From contig CAZWPK010000001.1 of NCBI GenBank assembly GCA_964635905.1, positions 68,894-132,893 of the forward strand: 64,000 bases of DNA, written 5' to 3'. The DNA is from an uncultured Pseudomonadales bacterium (lineage in GTDB: Bacteria; Patescibacteriota; Microgenomatia; UBA1400; UBA12028). Below the pieces are notes generated by a model. The model saw only the letters and a program-made list of their open reading frames with translations, did not search any database and was not told the origin of the DNA. Every line of letters starts with the position of its first letter. Positions within the stretch are counted from its first letter, which is position 1. Positions 1 to 9,552 of the stretch are shown piece by piece. A program made the position numbers and the translations under genes.

Positions 1-131
1 ACCAGAGTGTGATCACCATGCGACGCATGATTGATATGCTTGGCAAAGATGAACGCACCATGATTTTGCTAGACCGATTAAAGAAAACCAAGACCAACAA
101 AGAGTTCTTGGCCTCACTCAAAGAGGGGTAA
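1..131 (+). CDS. 3' end of an upstream gene (partial, product unknown)
   Basis: Open frame enters from the window edge and stops at TAA 129-131 (...MRRMIDMLGKDERTMILLDRLKKTKTNKEFLASLKEG*). No recognisable family from about 40 aa. Confidence 0.25.
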   Translation, partial: QSVITMRRMIDMLGKDERTMILLDRLKKTKTNKEFLASLKEG

Positions 132-191
132 GCACCTCTGGCACAGATCAACTAGCGTTTTTTCGTTGTATCGATTATCCTAGCAACACGC

Positions 192-1340
192 ATGACGATT
201 GGAAAACACGACAGTATTTTGGCGCAGTTTAAAACCTTTAACCAGTTTTTCAAACGATACTGGAAGGTTCGGGCGTACGCGTTGTTTTCTAAGTTTGAAT
301 TTCTAAAGGATCTGGTTGTTGATCTGCTCTACAAGCGACGCGGCAAGTATGCACGTCCCGTGTTGCATACACTCCTGTTTGTCACGCTCTTTTTTGGGAT
401 CACACTAGGACCATTAATTCTCAAGAATGAAACGGCCGAAGCAACCGCTCCGGACACCTTGCCTTCCGGGGTTCTGCTGGACTCCTCCGGTCAAGAAATT
501 GGTGGTACCGGAATTGTAACGGTGCAAGGAGAAGACGTCTTCAAATATCGGGGTGGAGAAATCTTTGAGCATGAAGTCTCCCAAGGTGAAACGCTGCAAA
601 CGATTGCCAAAAAATACAACTTGGAAGAAATCACCACGATAACCTGGCTCAACAACATCTCCGAAAAAGATCCCATTCGTCCTGGTCAAAAACTCCGTAT
701 TTTGCCAGTCGATGGAGTGTTACATAAAGTCAAGAAAGGCGACACGATCTGTTCGATCGCCAAAACCTACAGTTTGATTGAAAAAGGGGAAGACTGTGGA
801 TCGGGTGCCCAGCCTATCGTTGACTATCCCTTCAACACCTTTACCGATGATGAATTCGGTTTGCAAGTTGGTCAGTATCTTGTGGTTCCGCAAGGGGTAA
901 TGCCGACTCCAGTTCAAAGTCAAACCCGCCCAACTGTGTCACGTCCATCTACCCCCAACGCTGGATCGGTCAGTGCGACCGGCCAGTTCATTTGGCCAGC
1001 CTCTGGCCGCATTACTCAGGGCTATGCCTTCTATCACAAAGCTTTTGACATCGCCAATAAGGGTGGAGGTGCAATTCTTGCAGCCGATGCAGGGCGAATC
1101 ATTGTGGCAGGCTGGAAAGATAACTCCGGGTATGGAAACAGAGTCATGATCGATCACGGGAATGGCTTTGTGACCTTGTATGCCCATATGTCGTCGATTT
1201 CTGTCAAAGAAGGACAAACAGTTCGTCGTGGTGATGTTCTGGGCACTATGGGTTCTACAGGCCGTTCTACGGGTACACATTTACACTTTGAAATCCGCCA
1301 GGGTGGAGTCAATCAAAATCCAGGAACTTGGTTAAAATAA
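192..1340 (+). CDS. LysM-domain M23 family metallopeptidase (murein hydrolase/activator type), N-terminal TM anchor
   Basis: Two LysM-like segments (GETLQTIAKKYNL..., GDTICSIAKTYSL) and a C-terminal M23 core GYGNRVMIDHGNGFVTLYAHMS...GSTGRSTGTHLHFEIR (HxxxD / HxH zinc motifs). Confidence 0.85.
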   Translation: MTIGKHDSILAQFKTFNQFFKRYWKVRAYALFSKFEFLKDLVVDLLYKRRGKYARPVLHTLLFVTLFFGITLGPLILKNETAEATAPDTLPSGVLLDSSGQEIGGTGIVTVQGEDVFKYRGGEIFEHEVSQGETLQTIAKKYNLEEITTITWLNNISEKDPIRPGQKLRILPVDGVLHKVKKGDTICSIAKTYSLIEKGEDCGSGAQPIVDYPFNTFTDDEFGLQVGQYLVVPQGVMPTPVQSQTRPTVSRPSTPNAGSVSATGQFIWPASGRITQGYAFYHKAFDIANKGGGAILAADAGRIIVAGWKDNSGYGNRVMIDHGNGFVTLYAHMSSISVKEGQTVRRGDVLGTMGSTGRSTGTHLHFEIRQGGVNQNPGTWLK

Positions 1341-1341
1341 T

Positions 1342-1659
1342 ATGGTAGAAGTTTCAAAACTAGTCTTGCTCAAACCCGAACTATTTCGAGGGACGAAACT
1401 ACGTATTGTCCAACTCTTGATCGCGCACAATACGAGCACAAAAGAGATCGCAGAGAAGCTAGGAATGTCTGAAGATACCGTGCGTGCGCATCTGTACAAA
1501 CAGCCCGACACCAAAAAAGGAGATCCAAGGGAAACCATCTGGAGTATCGTCGAGGAATTGGCAGATGGAAGAAGAATTGAAAATCTGACAGGAATTCTGG
1601 AATACATGATCACGACAGGTATAGTGGCTGTTGTCCCAATTGATCATCTCCGCGATTAA
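1342..1659 (+). CDS. small LuxR/GerE-type HTH protein
   Basis: 105 aa. TKEIAEKLGMSEDTVRAHLYK matches the LuxR-type HTH consensus. ATG lies 2 nt after the upstream stop. Confidence 0.5.
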   Translation: MVEVSKLVLLKPELFRGTKLRIVQLLIAHNTSTKEIAEKLGMSEDTVRAHLYKQPDTKKGDPRETIWSIVEELADGRRIENLTGILEYMITTGIVAVVPIDHLRD

Positions 1660-1692
1660 GTGAAGTAGAAAAGTAGTTGCTTTCAAAATGAA

Positions 1693-3078
1693 TTACGTGG
1701 AGCTAGAAGGAGCTTCTGCGTTGGGGAGTTCAAACCAGAAAGTGGAGCCTTTTCCAACCTGCGAACTCATCCCAATACTTCCATTCATCATCTCCGCAAA
1801 TTGTTTTCCGATATAGAGTCCAAGCCCGGTTCCTTCAATTGTAGCCATTTGCTTGAATGATGTGCCGACACGAGAGAATTTCTGAAATAATTTTTCTTGA
1901 TCTTCCTCTGAGATTCCCATTCCCGTATCCGATACTAGGATACGAATTACAGAGTTACGTTGTTCAACCCCAATGGTGACAGAACCTTGAGGTGTGTATT
2001 TTATGGCATTGGAGACTAGGTTGTTTAAGACATCTCGAATCTTCATGTCATCGGCAAGCACATATAACTCAGTTTCTAGTAATCCCACATGATTGATGAG
2101 TTCGAGGTTTTTGGCTTTGGCTTGAGGATCATAAATCTCGATTGTTTCTTTGATGACCTTCGAGAGGGGAATGGGCTTGAGCTCTAAACTCACACGTCCA
2201 CTTTCTATTCTTGAAACATCGAGCAAATCATTGACCAGCACAATCAATCGCTGAATCGATTCATAGGCAATGGTCAGATATTCATCCAGCTTTTCGGGAT
2301 GATCTTTGCCTTTATGCAGCGCCATCCAAAGATAATTCTTTACCGCATTCATTGGACTCTTAAGCTCATGACTTGCCATGGAAAGAAATTCGTCCTTGAG
2401 CATATCCAGTTTTTGCAGCGCTTCGTTTGCTTGACGAACATTTTCGTGCAGTTGAGCCCGATCGATGGCGATGGCAATCAAATCAATCACTTCTTCGAGT
2501 GTCTGTTTTTCGGCTCTAGAAAGGTCATCCGCTGGTTTTGTTAGCCCAACGGTCAAACTTCCCACGCTTTTTGTCCCTAACGCGATGGGATAAATAATAA
2601 GGGTTTTAATGCCAGTCAGGTTCTCAATGTCATCAGCGACTTCCTGGCTGACAAACGGAGTTATGATATCTAATACGTTTCCGGTGATCTGGCGTTTATT
2701 TTGATGAATGGATTGTGCGATTAAATTTTGAGGATCATTAATTTCCAAACAGAGCTCTTGTAAGGGCTTGCCAATCAGTTCTAGTGATTTTGAGATACCT
2801 TCTGAATTGGTAATGGCAACGGGGTAGAAGTATTTTTCATCTGGCAATACCAGTGAGAGCATGGAAAATGAGATGCTGAGCTCTTCGGAGAGTGTATCGA
2901 CGATCTTTTGACAAACGTCCTTAACATCGAGAGTAGCCATGCTGATTTCATACAGCTTAGACAGCACCCCTAACGTTTTATTATGAATAGCCAGCTGTAC
3001 ATTTTGTTCATACAACTGTTTTGCAATATCTGTTGAGCCAGATGCATCGTTTGGAATTACAGCTGTAGGATCGGACAT
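1693..3078 (-). CDS. cytoplasmic sensor histidine kinase (GAF-like N-terminus, HisKA, HATPase_c)
   Basis: H-box SHELKSPMNAVKNYL. N/G1/G2 boxes NLVSNAIKYT, VSDTGMGISEE, GTGLGLYIGKQFAEMMNGSI. No TM segments. Confidence 0.85.
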   Translation of the reverse strand: MSDPTAVIPNDASGSTDIAKQLYEQNVQLAIHNKTLGVLSKLYEISMATLDVKDVCQKIVDTLSEELSISFSMLSLVLPDEKYFYPVAITNSEGISKSLELIGKPLQELCLEINDPQNLIAQSIHQNKRQITGNVLDIITPFVSQEVADDIENLTGIKTLIIYPIALGTKSVGSLTVGLTKPADDLSRAEKQTLEEVIDLIAIAIDRAQLHENVRQANEALQKLDMLKDEFLSMASHELKSPMNAVKNYLWMALHKGKDHPEKLDEYLTIAYESIQRLIVLVNDLLDVSRIESGRVSLELKPIPLSKVIKETIEIYDPQAKAKNLELINHVGLLETELYVLADDMKIRDVLNNLVSNAIKYTPQGSVTIGVEQRNSVIRILVSDTGMGISEEDQEKLFQKFSRVGTSFKQMATIEGTGLGLYIGKQFAEMMNGSIGMSSQVGKGSTFWFELPNAEAPSSST

Positions 3079-3127
3079 CCTTACATCCTAACAAATTCGA
3101 GAGCAGAAGGGAACAAAAGATCTGTTT

Positions 3128-3958
3128 CTAGCACTTTTGAAGTGACGCAGTAAATTTATCAAATCCTTCAGCCATCACATATTCAATCTGGAGTTCCACT
3201 TTTTCCGATTTGCTGACGTGCAGCTCGTTAAGCGGGATGATGACCGGCATATTCAGATCGGTGGTACCCCAAAGAGACTGGCTTGGCGTTAAATGTATTT
3301 TGGACTCGAGAACAAGAGCATTGCATGTGCCGGGATTTATAATATCGAGTGTCATTTTTGCATTCACATGCGTCTCGACCGGCTGGTAGAAATTCACATC
3401 AGCATAAACCGTTCTTTTTGAAAGGTACTGCTTAACTTTTTTTCTGACTCCAAAATTTCTGGCCTGAATGACAAAGGGCATGTGGAACCCATAGAAGTCG
3501 AAATCGTAGTCAATTAATGTGGCAACACATTGATAGCGAAAGGGAATGATTTTAGTCCCAGGATGGATAACTTTTTGTGCATGTAACGCATTAATGACAG
3601 GCGCTTGTTGTTCCCCAACCATGCCAGTATCCATGAGCTCCATGGTTATGACATCGACCGGGGGAAGGGTTGAGAGCGTTTTTGCATCTGCATGAATGAC
3701 CTCAACGATATTCTCCAGACCATTTTGTTTGACGTTTTTGCGCGCAAAATGGACGATGTCCTCTGCGATGTCAATCGCATACACTTTTTTTGCACCGGCA
3801 CGAGCACACATCATCGCAAGGATTCCGGATCCAGTGCCGATATCAAGTGCTGTACAGCCTGGAGTCACCACGTTTTTAATTGCGTGTTGAAAGGCTTTAG
3901 TGCGGCGGAAATCCAGCAAACATTCTCCCACGACCATTAGATTTGAAAATACATCCAT
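3128..3958 (-). CDS. class I SAM-dependent methyltransferase, protein arginine N-methyltransferase-like
   Basis: Motif I LDIGTGSGILAMMCARAGAKKVYAIDIAEDIV resembles PRMT1 [27 protein letters not shown]. An acidic loop TMELMDTGMVGEQ sits where the PRMT double-E loop is. A C-terminal beta-barrel-like region follows. Confidence 0.6.
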   Translation of the reverse strand: MDVFSNLMVVGECLLDFRRTKAFQHAIKNVVTPGCTALDIGTGSGILAMMCARAGAKKVYAIDIAEDIVHFARKNVKQNGLENIVEVIHADAKTLSTLPPVDVITMELMDTGMVGEQQAPVINALHAQKVIHPGTKIIPFRYQCVATLIDYDFDFYGFHMPFVIQARNFGVRKKVKQYLSKRTVYADVNFYQPVETHVNAKMTLDIINPGTCNALVLESKIHLTPSQSLWGTTDLNMPVIIPLNELHVSKSEKVELQIEYVMAEGFDKFTASLQKC

Positions 3959-3987
3959 ATTCGAAGTAGATTACACGTCCGAGAATA

Positions 3988-4278
3988 TTATTGCAAGATT
4001 AGAGGGAGGTCTTTTGTAGAAATAGTGATATTCGCCTCGCGCAGGGCATCTTTACATACTTCAATAGAAGTGTTCCCAAAGATCTGGGCGTACTTATCGA
4101 CTAACTCAATCAGAATCTGTTGGGGATCAGTATTCGTGTCTGGGATCTGGACTGAATTTTGCGAGACAATAACTCCTTTGACCTTACTAGCTTGTTGTGT
4201 GGCTAAAGGCCCGATGATCTCTGTTTGATGTTTAACAATTGCGGTAGCGATTTCGCTAGCAACTGAATTGCTCAACAT
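3988..4278 (-). CDS. hypothetical protein
   Basis: 96-aa ORF with no recognisable motifs. Position between two minus-strand genes supports it weakly. Confidence 0.35.
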   Translation of the reverse strand: MLSNSVASEIATAIVKHQTEIIGPLATQQASKVKGVIVSQNSVQIPDTNTDPQQILIELVDKYAQIFGNTSIEVCKDALREANITISTKDLPLILQ

Positions 4279-4283
4279 ATGGC

Positions 4284-5099
4284 TTATTTACTCTTACGCA
4301 ATCTCTGGTTTACTAATCGTAATTCTAGAACAGCAAGCGTCATCATTGTATAGGCGGTTAAATAAATATAGTCGTTTATTCGTCCACCTTCCCAGGTTCC
4401 TATACTATTCTGGTATAAGAAGGTGAAATCCGCTAAGTATTGTAATAAAAAGGCAATAAGTAGAAGAAAAATTCTCGAACGCATGATTCCGCCAAGATAT
4501 TTGAAACTGAGAACATACACAAGCAATGCTAGGGAAATATAGATGGCTTGACCAAACGGATTGCCTAAATCGATCAACGTTTTAATGGGTTCGGAAAGAT
4601 TTAATTCATACCCGCGTAAAAACAAAAAGTACGATGCGGATAATAAGAGGACCGGATACAGAATGACTTGGATCCGATTCTTTAGGGTGCTACTTCCCAA
4701 CTGTGCTCTCACTGCTTTTGCCAACAAGAGCATTCCGAAAATGTAGAGGGGAATACTTCCAAAAAAACCTAAGTCTCCGATGGAAGGATAGGGGATTTCG
4801 ACATGTAGGACGTAGGCATAATAGGAATAGGCGAGCTGTCCAAATTCTTGCGAAAGTAGTCCGCCGGCAAAACACAAAATTGCTTTTCCAAATACACTAC
4901 GAGATCCGCCCCATTCCTGAGCAGTTTGATATCCCCAAAACGCTCCCCACAATGCAATCAGTCCATACACTGCAGCAAATATAGATCGTTGATCTGGACT
5001 TGCGCTCGGAGCTTGCACCAGAAGCCACCACAGGCTCAGACCCCCAAAGAAAAGTCCTGTGATGACATGATATGGTCGCTCTTTTAGAAAAGACGTCAT
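4284..5099 (-). CDS. polytopic integral membrane protein (about 8 TM), unknown function
   Basis: 271 aa with hydrophobic helices throughout. Aromatic-rich. Confidence 0.6.
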   Translation of the reverse strand: MTSFLKERPYHVITGLFFGGLSLWWLLVQAPSASPDQRSIFAAVYGLIALWGAFWGYQTAQEWGGSRSVFGKAILCFAGGLLSQEFGQLAYSYYAYVLHVEIPYPSIGDLGFFGSIPLYIFGMLLLAKAVRAQLGSSTLKNRIQVILYPVLLLSASYFLFLRGYELNLSEPIKTLIDLGNPFGQAIYISLALLVYVLSFKYLGGIMRSRIFLLLIAFLLQYLADFTFLYQNSIGTWEGGRINDYIYLTAYTMMTLAVLELRLVNQRLRKSK

Positions 5100-5130
5100 A
5101 GATCCAGCCTACGGAAAATTTAAAAAAAAG

Positions 5131-5160
5131 TCAAACAGACGTACAGAAATACAGTATAAT
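5131..5160 (+). promoter_or_regulatory. sigma70-like promoter candidate for the 5187 gene
   Basis: TCAAAC (5131-5136), 18-nt spacer, TATAAT (5155-5160). This is 27 nt upstream of ATG 5187. Confidence 0.35.
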
Positions 5161-5186
5161 AGAAAGAATGTTTCTATTGTGCTCCT

Positions 5187-6098
5187 ATGATTCCTCAATT
5201 TCCTTTGTTTAAGGCTCTCGACCTTTCGGACAAAAATGACATTGAAGTGTTTACACAGCGCTATCCTCCATATTCAGACCATAACTTTACCGGGTTGTGG
5301 AGCTATGACACGAATTCACTGACACAACTATCGATATTGCAAGGGAACTTGTGCTTAAAGGTTCAAGATTATACGGATCTTTCCCTTTTTTATACGCTTT
5401 TAGGTGAGAATCAAGTTGATAGCACGATTCAAACCTTGTTAGAGCTAGCCAAGACTGAACCAGTAAAACCGTACTTAAAACTCGTTCCTGAAGCTGTCGT
5501 AGAGAAGATCATTCATCCAGAACTGTTTTACATCCAAAAGGACCGAGATAACTTTGACTACATTATTGATGCGGATGAATTTACTGCATTAGACGGTCGA
5601 GACTATCATAGTAAACGGAAAGACTACACGCATTTCTTTGACGAAAATAAAGATCCCATTGAGCTGACCGTGTTAAATATTTCTGATCCGCAACACCAGG
5701 CAGAAATTCTTCGCCTGTTCGAAGAGTGGAACGTGTTATCCGGCAAAGATGGAGACGAGAGTCTGCATGAGATGCAAGCGACCCAAAAAATCTTTTCGGG
5801 CGTGGGAGTCCTCAATCTTCATGCCTTTGGAATCCGTATTTCGGGAAAGCTTGTTGCCTATTTAATTGCAGAAGTGGTTCATCATTCTTATGCAGTTCTG
5901 CATTTCGGTAAATGGGATTATCGATACAAGGGGATCGGAACGGTCATTCAGCACCACAGCATCGACTCCTTAGGCAAACTTGGATGTAAGTATATTAACT
6001 ATGAGCAAGATTTGGGAATTGAGGGTATCCGGCGCGCCAAAGAGCTATGTAAGCCAGCTTTTTATTTAGAAAAGTATGTCATTTCGTCGTTGTCTTGA
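5187..6098 (+). CDS. DUF2156-like protein (standalone MprF/LysX C-terminal aminoacyl-phosphatidylglycerol-synthase-like GNAT-fold domain)
   Basis: C-terminal INYEQDLGIEGIRRAKELCKPAFYLEKY resembles the DUF2156 signature (N.EeDLGieGLRkaK...P). N-terminal YSDHNFTGLWSYD resembles its FxNLWxW-type motif. No TM domain. Confidence 0.5.
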   Translation: MIPQFPLFKALDLSDKNDIEVFTQRYPPYSDHNFTGLWSYDTNSLTQLSILQGNLCLKVQDYTDLSLFYTLLGENQVDSTIQTLLELAKTEPVKPYLKLVPEAVVEKIIHPELFYIQKDRDNFDYIIDADEFTALDGRDYHSKRKDYTHFFDENKDPIELTVLNISDPQHQAEILRLFEEWNVLSGKDGDESLHEMQATQKIFSGVGVLNLHAFGIRISGKLVAYLIAEVVHHSYAVLHFGKWDYRYKGIGTVIQHHSIDSLGKLGCKYINYEQDLGIEGIRRAKELCKPAFYLEKYVISSLS

Positions 6099-6115
6099 AG
6101 AGGAGATGATATACT

Positions 6116-7060
6116 TTGGCTATGTCCTCACTTTTCTGGGTAGTCCCCGCGCTTCTGTCTCCGATTTTTGCGGCTCTCGTCAATCACATCGATAAAGCGT
6201 TGTTATCGCGATATTTTAAAGGGGGCGGAGCAGGGGCCTTAGTGATTTTTTCTGCGTGTATTGGGTTTCCCATTGCACTCTTTATTGCGATATTTTCTTC
6301 ACAAATCTGGGTGATAGCCCCATCCGCTGTAGCGATCTTAATTGTCAATGGAATGATCTACATGGCAGGGATCGTTCCCTATCTGTATGCATTAATGGAA
6401 GATGAAGCTTCAATCGTTTCCCCTTTATCGCAAATGATTTCTCCCATCAGTCTTGTTCTCGGGTTGCTCTTTTTAAATGAGGCTATCGCCGTAGAGCAGA
6501 TGGTCGGTGGGGTGATCGTTATGTTGGGAGCGGTGTTGCTGTCAATAAAAGTAGGTGAATCAGGGAAACAAAAAAGACATATTAGTATTAAGAAAAAAGT
6601 TGTGGGCTTAATGTTTGTAGCCTCTTTTTTTGTAGCCTTAAACGGGCTTCTTTTTAAATCGGTTGCAATTCATGCGTCCTTTTGGACGACCGCATTTTGG
6701 GAGTATGTGGGTGTCATGGTGTTTGGACTGCTTGCGTTCTGTTTTATTCCTTCGTATAGACATCAGTTCATCGATGTTTTACGACAAAATAAGCTCTCCA
6801 TTCTTAGCATCAATGCGATTAATGAGGTGTGTGCGGTAGTTGCAAAACTTACCTTACATTTTGCCACATTATTAGCGCCGTTGGCTGCAGTATTCTGGAT
6901 CGCTGAAGGTTTTCAACCAGTTTTTGTGCTGGTATTTGGAATACTTTTAACGATGTTTTTCCCGCACATTTCAAAAGAAGAAATCAAAAGACAAGTTCTC
7001 TATCAGAAAATTGCAGCAATTTTTGCAATGTTGCTGGGAACGTATCTATTGGCAAAATAA
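6116..7060 (+). CDS. 10-TM membrane protein, DMT/EamA-like permease candidate
   Basis: 314 aa in two hydrophobic halves of about 5 TM each, suggesting a duplicated EamA-like architecture. Family assignment is tentative. Confidence 0.5.
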   Translation: MAMSSLFWVVPALLSPIFAALVNHIDKALLSRYFKGGGAGALVIFSACIGFPIALFIAIFSSQIWVIAPSAVAILIVNGMIYMAGIVPYLYALMEDEASIVSPLSQMISPISLVLGLLFLNEAIAVEQMVGGVIVMLGAVLLSIKVGESGKQKRHISIKKKVVGLMFVASFFVALNGLLFKSVAIHASFWTTAFWEYVGVMVFGLLAFCFIPSYRHQFIDVLRQNKLSILSINAINEVCAVVAKLTLHFATLLAPLAAVFWIAEGFQPVFVLVFGILLTMFFPHISKEEIKRQVLYQKIAAIFAMLLGTYLLAK

Positions 7061-7078
7061 ACGCGAACAGTTTAACAC

Positions 7079-7438
7079 TTATCGGGATAACGTGGTTTGT
7101 TTCATCTCTTCCGCTTTGAAGTACTCTTTGCAGTAGTCTGCGGCGTCTTGCGTGTCAAAATCCTTACACGAAAAAATATCAATAAAAGCTCTATTTTCGT
7201 ATTCATCCATATGCACGGTAATCGAGGAGGTTTCGATAAATTGAAGGGCAGAGTATCCAGGTCCTGGATGTTTGCTTGGATCACCAAAGCGTTCGATGTG
7301 CAGTGGGCCATGGGCTTTCATCTCAATATGTGGAATGATATCCGCAACAAACTGAGCGATATATGTCGGGTCACAAATGAGATCGTGTGCACACCCGTGA
7401 AGGTCGATTGCAACTGATTTTCCCCAAGGCTGATACAT
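7079..7438 (-). CDS. speH: S-adenosylmethionine decarboxylase proenzyme-like (pyruvoyl-dependent, class 1b SpeH-like)
   Basis: 119 aa. FIETSSITVHMDEYENRAFIDIFSC matches the AdoMetDC core (ES-H-TIHTWPE...DIFTC), including the serine expected to be the self-cleavage site that generates the pyruvoyl group. Confidence 0.7.
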   Translation of the reverse strand: MYQPWGKSVAIDLHGCAHDLICDPTYIAQFVADIIPHIEMKAHGPLHIERFGDPSKHPGPGYSALQFIETSSITVHMDEYENRAFIDIFSCKDFDTQDAADYCKEYFKAEEMKQTTLSR

Positions 7439-7599
7439 ACATGTTCTTTCTAACGGTAGCGAAATATGAAAGGTGAGTGCTACACAGCGTCAAAGACGGA
7501 TTATATAGCCTATATTATATATTTGTCAAATTATAGATTCTAAAAAAAGGTCTGTGACCTTTCATCAACAGTAGCGTAACCAGAACAAATTGAAAAGAG

Positions 7600-7989
7600 T
7601 TAGCCTAAAATACTATGAATTTTAGCGAGGAATTGTTCTGGAGTGATGTCTGTTTTGATGATATATCCGTCACTTCCCAGAGCCTTGGCATTCTCTAAGA
7701 CACTTTCCTGTCCCAGTGCAGATAACATATAGATCGGACCATGCTTGGCGCGAATCGGATTGTTGTGCAGGGCAGTCAAGGTTTCCATTCCATCTTTGAC
7801 TGGCATCACAACATCCAAGAGAATGAGGTCAAAATGCTCCGTTTTTTCGATGAGTTCTAAGGCTTGGGACCCATTTTCTCCGGTGAGGACCTCATAGCCT
7901 TCATCTTTGAGGATTTCTTGATAGAAATCCCGGTTGTAGACATCGTCATCAATAATGAGAATACGTTTTTTCGTTGGGGAATCGGCCAT
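7600..7989 (-). CDS. single-domain response regulator (CheY-like receiver)
   Basis: ILIIDDD...DLILLDVVMPVKDGMETL...K. Contains the DD pair, the phospho-accepting Asp, and T/K residues. Confidence 0.85.
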   Translation of the reverse strand: MADSPTKKRILIIDDDVYNRDFYQEILKDEGYEVLTGENGSQALELIEKTEHFDLILLDVVMPVKDGMETLTALHNNPIRAKHGPIYMLSALGQESVLENAKALGSDGYIIKTDITPEQFLAKIHSILG

Positions 7990-8162
7990 AGGTACTTGCG
8001 ATAGTACTCAGACTTTCAAGCCGCTGTCAAGCGTTGTTCTCACCAAAAAGCGTGTGTAAGAAAACCGCGCTCGTTATTCTGACGGCGACAGGATATACTA
8101 CACTTGAGAAAATGTAGCAGATGGGAAGTCTTTTTCAAGAGTCTTCTTGAACGTTCGATACT

Positions 8163-9506
8163 ATGGTTGATTTTGTCAAAATTCAGTTATCAGCAGGAAA
8201 CGGCGGAGATGGTCGGATTTCCTTTTTTAGAAATCGGTACCAGCCCAAAGGTGGACCCGATGGTGGAGATGGAGGAAAAGGCGGCAGTGTTATCGTTAAA
8301 GCCAACCCCCATCTGGCTACATTGCGCGATTATGCCGGGAAACAAGTGATTGCCGCGAATCATGGGGGAATGGGAGGCAAGGAGAAAATGCACGGCGCGG
8401 ATGCCGATGACATTATTCTTTCGGTCCCTGTTGGAACGCGCATTTGGAGTGTCATTGACACCTATTCACCAATACGACGAAAACGCATGTACACTGTGGA
8501 TCGCGATACCGGGAGAACAGAAACTCCGATCTATACAAAATCGCATCACACAGCGATTACGCAAAAAAATGGAGTCTTTGGGTTACAAGGTGCCTCTCAA
8601 TCTGCACGCGGAATTGAAGAGGAAGCGCAAGCTGGCATGAATGAGGAAGGTACGGAAGTCGAAGAGGTCACTCAGAGTGCGATTGATCAGACCGGATCAC
8701 AGCGCGTTATCAGAGTAGGGAGCCAGGAATTTTACGTCCGTTTAGTCGGAGATGTTATCGAGGAAGATCAAACGCTCTGTATTGCCAAGGGAGGGAAGGG
8801 CGGTCAAGGCAATTTTGAATTCCGATCCTCACGCAACACAACCCCACGACAAGCTGAAACCGGTGAAGACGGGGAACGCGGACTCTATATCTTTGAATTA
8901 CAACTTCTTGCCGATATTGGTCTGGTCGGATTACCCAACGCAGGGAAGAGCACGTTGCTTTCTGTGCTGACCAATGCCAGTCCCAAAATTGCGAACTACC
9001 CGTTTACCACCATTGAACCCAACTTGGGTGTCATTACCTTTGACTCTAAATACACGGATCGACATACGGCGGTGATTGCAGATATTCCTGGAATCATTGA
9101 AGGTGCGAGTGAAGGAAAAGGGTTGGGTCACGAATTTTTGCGCCACATTGCCCGCTGCGATGTCTTGGTCTTTGTCTTGGCATTAGAAGACTCGTTTATT
9201 CTTGAAAACTCTAAAAATACGCAAGTTATATTAGACGAACTGATCAAGCAATATCGACTGTTAGAAAAAGAATTGTCCTCATATGTTGAGGCCCATCCAA
9301 CCCAGGCTGCCGATGAATATGGGGTTGCGATGGATAAAAAAGAACGCGTAATTGTCTTAAATAAACGTGACTTATTATCAGAAGATCAACAACAGGACAT
9401 CTTTAAGGGAATGAAGGGAATTCAACCAACGATTTGTTGGACTTCTGGAGTGACTCAAGAGGGCATTGAAGAATTAAAGAAACTCCTGGTTTCCAAATTG
9501 CGATAA
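8163..9506 (+). CDS. obg: GTPase Obg/CgtA with an insertion of about 100 aa in the N-terminal Obg fold
   Basis: N-terminus FVDFVKIQLSAGNGGDGRISFFR. G-domain DIGLVGLPNAGKSTLLSVLTNASPKIANYPFTTIEPNLGV, DIPGIIEGAS, NKRD. Confidence 0.9.
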   Translation: MVDFVKIQLSAGNGGDGRISFFRNRYQPKGGPDGGDGGKGGSVIVKANPHLATLRDYAGKQVIAANHGGMGGKEKMHGADADDIILSVPVGTRIWSVIDTYSPIRRKRMYTVDRDTGRTETPIYTKSHHTAITQKNGVFGLQGASQSARGIEEEAQAGMNEEGTEVEEVTQSAIDQTGSQRVIRVGSQEFYVRLVGDVIEEDQTLCIAKGGKGGQGNFEFRSSRNTTPRQAETGEDGERGLYIFELQLLADIGLVGLPNAGKSTLLSVLTNASPKIANYPFTTIEPNLGVITFDSKYTDRHTAVIADIPGIIEGASEGKGLGHEFLRHIARCDVLVFVLALEDSFILENSKNTQVILDELIKQYRLLEKELSSYVEAHPTQAADEYGVAMDKKERVIVLNKRDLLSEDQQQDIFKGMKGIQPTICWTSGVTQEGIEELKKLLVSKLR

Positions 9507-9552
9507 CTATCGATTATTTGAATCTTGCTCTGCTCTAGAGTACGATTGTTTC

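Noticed and set aside
8104-8640. ORFs 8104..8349, 8190..8393 and 8350..8640 overlapping obg
   Set aside because: Alternative frames of a well-supported Obg gene, with no independent signal.
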